Source of the DNA: an uncultured archaeon
GTDB taxonomy: Archaea > Thermoplasmatota > Penumbrarchaeia > JASLWR01
DNA: 64,000 nt
Reading direction: 5' to 3'
NCBI GenBank assembly: GCA_964430885.1
Contig: CAYSHM010000001.1
Coordinates: 1 to 64,000, forward strand
The stretch's first letter is position 1; each line of letters opens with the position of its first letter. A program made the translations under genes and the position numbers. The notes under the pieces were generated by a model that worked only from the letters and a program-made list of their open reading frames with translations, was not told the DNA's origin and made no database searches. Below, one piece after another: positions 58,688 through 64,000 of the stretch.

Positions 58688-59080
58688 TCATTTGAATTCT
58701 TTTTTATTCATTATCAATAGAATTATTATTACCAATGATATTGGGATGAAATATAGTCCGAAGGTTGCTCCGGCAAAGGCAATTGAGTGATGTCTGCGTT
58801 TTTTAATCATTCTCAGCGAAATGAGCTGCATGAAACCTGAGAAAAGAAGCAGAACGGTCAGGAGTACCATACCATCATATATGTCCCCCATGGATTCGCC
58901 TCTGAAAAAAAACAATATCACCGAACCAACAGCGAAAAGAAGGAATGTGATAGACATCTGAAAGCATAGAAGTATCCGGGTCAACCCGAGAGAATCGTTT
59001 TTCTTTGGGGATTTAGGCTTAAGAATAGGTTCCATACTTCCTTCCCAGGAGAATTTTCCTTCCTTACTTTGTTCATCCAT
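58688..59080 (-). CDS. Small hypothetical membrane protein
   Basis: ATG at 59080 after AAGGAG; 3 TMs. The longer ORF call overlaps the upstream gene. Confidence 0.65.
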   Translation of the reverse strand: MDEQSKEGKFSWEGSMEPILKPKSPKKNDSLGLTRILLCFQMSITFLLFAVGSVILFFFRGESMGDIYDGMVLLTVLLLFSGFMQLISLRMIKKRRHHSIAFAGATFGLYFIPISLVIIILLIMNKKEFK

Positions 59081-59093
59081 ATATTTTTCTCCT

Positions 59094-62000
59094 TCACGGA
59101 GGCAATGGAGGTTCATCGTCTGGAGGTACAGCCATATATGTTTGGGGAGTTGGATCATCGAGTAAAGGAGTTTCATCCCCGGGGATTCCAACGGGAGCAT
59201 CATCAGGCGGCATCTCACCAGGTGGTAGTGGTTCGCCTAGATCCAGCGCAGGAGCATCATTAGGTGGTATCATATCAGGCGGTAAGTCCTCAGGCGGAGC
59301 AGGGTCAGCCCCATCTTCACCGGTCGTATCCTCTTCGCCAACGCCCAAATCTATGGACTCTCCCTCAAACCCTGGAAGTACGGCCGTGGATTCCTGCATG
59401 ATCTCCTCATATGTTTTGGTATCCGCCTCGGTAACTCTTTCAGTTCCGGCACCTGATGATGAGAAAGCCACTTCCATTATTCTTCTTTCTTCCTCCTCCT
59501 TCTTTCTATTTTCTTTCTCCTCGACCTTGTGGTAGTGTCTTCGGCTCAGCAAAAATATAGCCAGAATGACAGTAATTACAACTATTATACTGATTATTAT
59601 GATCATCGTAAAGGGCATTTCTTCGGTTTTTTTATCATTATTGTCATCATCATCATCATCACCAGGTATATAAGGAGTAACAGTGATATTTATCCGGTCA
59701 ACCTCCTGAATGCTTTCGTTCCCGTCATTGCACAATAGAACTATGTCGTATACACCTTCAGAATTGAAATTGTGCAGGAGTATTTTTGTGCCGTTTGTTC
59801 CGGTCATCCTGTTATCCCAGGATATGGTCTGGTTGTTTGACTGCTTGAAGATCATCCATCCGAACTCTATCTGGTCGCCGTCAACATCGAAAACGGTTCC
59901 GTCTATTACCATCTCTTTGAGTGTCTTATCCCTGACATAGAATGTATAGTTCATATTCTCGATTTCAGGTGAGTTTGGATTTTTATCCACAACTTCGGTC
60001 CATATTTCCCAGTGGGTGATCACAGGTTCATCGTTAACAGGTTTGATATTGAATGAAATAGTTTTATCTGAATGCTCTTCGCCGTCAAGCACTCTTACCT
60101 TGAAGGATTCTAGGCCGTTGAAATCGGTCTTAGGAACATAGGATATCCTTGCTACTGTAGCGTTTCTTTTCGTAATGTATATTCTGTCTGGATCCTGTCC
60201 TATAAGTTCGAAGGAAAGGAATTCACCCCCGTGCTTCAGATCATCATCATGTACATTGACATACACGAAGGTGGCCTCTTCCTCATTTAGTTGGAATTCG
60301 ATGTCTTCAGACGGGAGGAAGGAATCATCGGAGTTGTTGAATCCAAGGAATACTGGCTTGTCGTTGGTATTGGAAATATCCACAGTGAAGTTCAGGTATT
60401 CGGAATATGTGTCCTTAATGAGTGACGCTTCATCATCATCCTCCAATAGAGCCCAAACTGAGTAATAGCCCACCAGATCATTATCCGGTGTAAAATTAAG
60501 TGTGTAGGTATAGGTATTGGTGTAGGGGTCAATTACTGTTTTTTCACCAATTTCTACACCAGGTATGGCCTCTGATAGATTGGTGGTTAAGGTTAAGGTA
60601 TCTTCAGGGTCCCTTGTGTCCTTTGCGACAATGATGATCTCGCAGTTCTTATCCTCTTTGGCATTTATAAGTTTTTTATTTGAGACTATCTCGGGTTCAT
60701 CATTTGTGCTGTTGATGGAAATGTTCACGTCCCAAGTAATGGAGCCCATAATATCAGATGCCCTGAAGGTTACTGCGTCAAAGGTTCCTGGTGGCATGTA
60801 TATATTAGGTTTTGGTGTGATCCTGAATGTGAGGTTCACAATGAAGGTAACAGTCATATTTGGACTGTCGTATTCCAACCCCCAGCTGCCGTTCTCATCC
60901 ATAATCCTCAACTGGACATCGTCACCCTCTGCATCATAGAATATCTCGTAGGGATCGAGATAAACTGGATTGGAATCTTCTTCCATATAGATTGTGGTTG
61001 GGGCCAACATGTTAATCTGGGGTGGGTAGTTCATGGGTAGAATTGTTATTATTGCCAATTCTACATTGTTCTGAAATATGTTCCCCCAGGGCCCGTAAGC
61101 AAAAATTTTTACAATATAGTTACGGTCCTCCGTACCTCTGGGAACTTTGAACTTGAATGAATAATTTCCATCATTGGCCACTAGATCCCCTTGGGTTCCA
61201 TTGTCGGCAAGCTCCGTCCGCAGTGATAAATCCAGTTCTGTCATGTTTGAATAAACATATTCGACATCATAGTTACCATCGGTATCCAGAACTTCGGCTA
61301 CAAGTGTACACATGGATTCGTTATCAGCCATAAGTCCCTGGTCCTGTCCAGGGTATATCACGTAGGGATTTTCCACTCTGGGGACGCAGTCGTTCTGATA
61401 GATGTCATGAACGGTGGCAGGCCACTCACCAGGCATTGCCGTATTATTTATGAATGGTTCGTTGCCCGTAACATCGTTCACCACTACTTCCTGTTCCCCT
61501 GGATTGGAGAAATTCAATTCGTACCACTGTAAATCCTCAGGGCGTTTTGATGCCCCGGTAAGTCCGCCAACCGTATAGGTAAGACCGTTCGTCTCATTGA
61601 AATTTGTAACACGTATAAATATATTGAATTTAGTGTTGGCATCTAGAGTGTAACCAAACCTCCCAGCTTTCAACCTGATCTCATATATTCTATGTTCATT
61701 CCTCTCACTGGCTCTGAAAGTGTAATTCTTGCCGTCTCCATTATCTATGGCGGCTAATACTGGGTTATCATACTTCAGGTCTTCATCTCTGTCTTCCGTT
61801 CCAGAGTCCTCCACCAACCAGCCTACCTTATCCTGCTGATAAGGTGGGGAATTAAATCCCGCGTAAGCTTCCATACCAAAATCCTTTACCTGATTGCGGG
61901 GGGTGTCAAAAGGTTTTATTTGACCGTCCCTATCGCCGTCTATGAGGATGGTGACGGAATCGGCGTTGTCCGGTATAACTGTCCGGTCTCCTTTGACCTC

Positions 62001-62231
62001 GATATAGAAATACATATATTCAGAATTGTATGCTACCGTGAGGTTGGTGGGTTGGAGGGCTCTGCTGATCTGCCCGTAGCCGTCAGATTTTTTTATGGAA
62101 CAGGAGGACATCGCCTTGTTGACAGATGTCAATTCAGAATCGAAGGATATTCCCAAAGGGGCAAGAAACAAGAAAATTACTGCAATTATAAGAAGTGGGT
62201 TGAAGGTTCTTTTTGGTATGTCCATGTACAT
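59094..62231 (-). CDS. Surface protein: DOMON/CBM9-like N-domain, choice-of-anchor-X-like motif, cadherin-like (tandem-95) repeats, TM and Pro-rich tail
   Basis: Signal peptide; LADNGTQGDLVANDGNYS; N.NDEP/TNDKP/VNDEP linkers; YVPKTDFNGLESF; TM followed by SRRH; PP-rich C-terminus. Confidence 0.85.
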   Translation of the reverse strand: MYMDIPKRTFNPLLIIAVIFLFLAPLGISFDSELTSVNKAMSSCSIKKSDGYGQISRALQPTNLTVAYNSEYMYFYIEVKGDRTVIPDNADSVTILIDGDRDGQIKPFDTPRNQVKDFGMEAYAGFNSPPYQQDKVGWLVEDSGTEDRDEDLKYDNPVLAAIDNGDGKNYTFRASERNEHRIYEIRLKAGRFGYTLDANTKFNIFIRVTNFNETNGLTYTVGGLTGASKRPEDLQWYELNFSNPGEQEVVVNDVTGNEPFINNTAMPGEWPATVHDIYQNDCVPRVENPYVIYPGQDQGLMADNESMCTLVAEVLDTDGNYDVEYVYSNMTELDLSLRTELADNGTQGDLVANDGNYSFKFKVPRGTEDRNYIVKIFAYGPWGNIFQNNVELAIITILPMNYPPQINMLAPTTIYMEEDSNPVYLDPYEIFYDAEGDDVQLRIMDENGSWGLEYDSPNMTVTFIVNLTFRITPKPNIYMPPGTFDAVTFRASDIMGSITWDVNISINSTNDEPEIVSNKKLINAKEDKNCEIIIVAKDTRDPEDTLTLTTNLSEAIPGVEIGEKTVIDPYTNTYTYTLNFTPDNDLVGYYSVWALLEDDDEASLIKDTYSEYLNFTVDISNTNDKPVFLGFNNSDDSFLPSEDIEFQLNEEEATFVYVNVHDDDLKHGGEFLSFELIGQDPDRIYITKRNATVARISYVPKTDFNGLESFKVRVLDGEEHSDKTISFNIKPVNDEPVITHWEIWTEVVDKNPNSPEIENMNYTFYVRDKTLKEMVIDGTVFDVDGDQIEFGWMIFKQSNNQTISWDNRMTGTNGTKILLHNFNSEGVYDIVLLCNDGNESIQEVDRINITVTPYIPGDDDDDDNNDKKTEEMPFTMIIIISIIVVITVILAIFLLSRRHYHKVEEKENRKKEEEERRIMEVAFSSSGAGTERVTEADTKTYEEIMQESTAVLPGFEGESIDLGVGEEDTTGEDGADPAPPEDLPPDMIPPNDAPALDLGEPLPPGEMPPDDAPVGIPGDETPLLDDPTPQTYMAVPPDDEPPLPP

Positions 62232-62624
62232 TGTGACACCTCGCGGCCTTAGTGATACAGCTCATAGGTTATTAACCTGCAATATATAATAAACATATAC
62301 TCTGCATGAATAATATGGATAAATACGGATTATCCTCTGGTGGAGAGTAAAATCGAGCAAGAAATAAGAGTATTATTCTATTTTATGGTTTTTGTTCTTT
62401 TTTATGGTAATTATTTCAAGTTGGATTGTTATGGTACTGGGTAAAAAACCTGAAATTTATTCCTCATTTATATTGAAAGTGCTGCAGATCACAGGGGAAC
62501 AGTCATTCAATTGATAGTTTTCTTACTACAATAATAACAAGTCAGGAATAATATTTAGAGATTTCTGATGGCAATAGAATTATATAAATGTAAATGAATA
62601 TGATGTATTAGAGGGGGTATTCAG

Positions 62625-62972
62625 ATGACAGATATGGGTAAGATAATCTGCTCCAAATGTAAACAGGAGAATCTTGAGAATACGTCTACCTGCTTCTATT
62701 GCGACCAAGATCTTTCCAAACAATGCGGAAATGCTCCAGTGAAAGAAGTAGGGGATGGGAAGAAATGGAGACCAGATTTTGTTGATATTCATCTACCTAG
62801 GGACGAGGGTTTGATCAGGATTTTGTTTAAAAACGAGATTTTGATACAGGGAAATAAGATACGCTTATTGTATAGAGGCAATGACGGAAAGTTCAGGGGT
62901 ATCAAAGATATCACCAGTCCTCAGATGCGCGCATTAATATTGGAGTTGAAGAGAGTTATCAATGATATATGA
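62625..62972 (+). CDS. Hypothetical protein with N-terminal zinc ribbon
   Basis: CSKCKQEN....TCFYCDQDL; GAGGGG SD-like motif. Confidence 0.7.
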   Translation: MTDMGKIICSKCKQENLENTSTCFYCDQDLSKQCGNAPVKEVGDGKKWRPDFVDIHLPRDEGLIRILFKNEILIQGNKIRLLYRGNDGKFRGIKDITSPQMRALILELKRVINDI

Positions 62973-63067
62973 TATTTTTCACTAATGATGGTTATTTGTT
63001 AATATCAAAGATTCTATTCTAAGTAAGATTATCATTTGGATGATATAATTTTAGTTCTGGTGAAAAA

Positions 63068-63907
63068 ATGGTAGATGTAGCAGATTTCGTCATTGAGGTT
63101 CTGTTATCAACAGTGGTTCAGATGCTTGTTTTGTTCGGACCTCTTCTAGTAGCAGGATTTTTAATAGCAGTGTTTGAGAAATATTCCAACAAGATGCTTA
63201 TGACAGTATTCAGTTTCAAAGCGGTCATTTATTCAACTGGTTGGTTGGGTACACCCGTTCATGAGACTGGACACGCATTGTTCTGTCTGATTTTCGGACA
63301 CAAAATACACGAGTTCAAACCTTTTGCTCCTTCCGAAAAAGAGGGAGGAGGTTATGTTCTAGGATATGTTAAGCACAGTTCAAAGGGGAATATCTGGAAT
63401 AATATTGGTTACCTTTTCATAGGTACTGGCCCCATCATTCTGGGGTCTGCAGTAATAACACTTCTCATAGCGATTCCTGCAGGTGGTTTCTCATATTTCG
63501 GCCAGATGCTTGATCAGGCCCCGAATACAATAAATATCGATAGTTTTCTGGAAATGTTCAAAGGAGTTCTGGAAATAGTGTTCGATTCAGTTTTTTCCGA
63601 GGGATGGGGGACTTTTGCCACCTGGCAGTTTTGGGTGTTCTTCGTAGTTGCTGCGATGATAGCTCTTCATATGTCCCTATCGCCACCTGATCTTAAAAGT
63701 GCCTGGAAAGGTGCTTTGTTCTTTCTGCTGATCCTACTGATAGTGAATATTGTTTTTGTAGCATTTGGCTGGGACAGTTTTACACTGCATATAGCTAGCT
63801 ATTTGATGTTTACCACGGGCATACTATTCATTGGCGTTGTATTATCCTTCATAACAATGCTATTGATCATGGCTTTTACAGGTATAATTAGCAAGTTAAA
63901 AGGTTAG
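63068..63907 (+). CDS. M50/site-2-protease-like intramembrane metalloprotease
   Basis: GTPVHETGH (HExxH), GYVKH, IGTGP, LSPPD; multiple TMs. Confidence 0.8.
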   Translation: MVDVADFVIEVLLSTVVQMLVLFGPLLVAGFLIAVFEKYSNKMLMTVFSFKAVIYSTGWLGTPVHETGHALFCLIFGHKIHEFKPFAPSEKEGGGYVLGYVKHSSKGNIWNNIGYLFIGTGPIILGSAVITLLIAIPAGGFSYFGQMLDQAPNTINIDSFLEMFKGVLEIVFDSVFSEGWGTFATWQFWVFFVVAAMIALHMSLSPPDLKSAWKGALFFLLILLIVNIVFVAFGWDSFTLHIASYLMFTTGILFIGVVLSFITMLLIMAFTGIISKLKG

Positions 63908-64000
63908 TATCAGCCTGGTGGGATGATGTGCGGTTCTCATTTCAGGAACGGGATAAATATAAATAAACCCTAATTAATGGCACCTTCAATATGGAAACTT

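Noticed and set aside
1-64000. CRISPR arrays, rRNA, transposases, prophage genes or recoded stop codons
   Set aside because: None seen. Repetitive stretches such as (ATC)n and GAT/TAT runs are explained by Asp- or Tyr-rich coding sequence, and long ORFs read normally in the standard code.

Overview
This is archaeal chromosomal DNA, shown by Orc1/Cdc6, a PCNA-fold gene, archaeal pantoate kinase plus CoaBC, Trm5 and an archaeal-type tRNA-Glu. The gene repertoire and the many PKD-rich, C-terminally anchored surface proteins suggest Thermoplasmatota (inference). I found no CRISPR array, transposase, integrase or reverse transcriptase. The window holds about 38 CDSs, including a giant surface protein of at least 2109 aa at <1..6327 (-) that the ORF track missed because it runs off the edge. 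Highlights: (1) a two-gene module of a ubiquitin-collinear beta-grasp protein ending in GG-F and an Rpn11/CSN5-like JAMM protease, suggesting a pro-ubiquitin-like modifier and its maturase, with no E1/E2/E3 in the window; (2) directly upstream, a candidate replication origin with inverted ORB-like boxes around a ~86% AT spacer, about 23 kb from cdc6; (3) a full-length bacterial-type PNPase and an atypical RNase R/RNB in an archaeal context; (4) a GPS/GAIN-like HL|TxFA autoproteolysis motif between PKD repeats and the membrane anchor of the giant protein; (5) a very divergent PCNA directly after cdc6; (6) a cytoplasmic protein with four copies of an unrecognised ~110-aa repeat plus TPRs. All family calls come from motifs read by eye; no searches were run.
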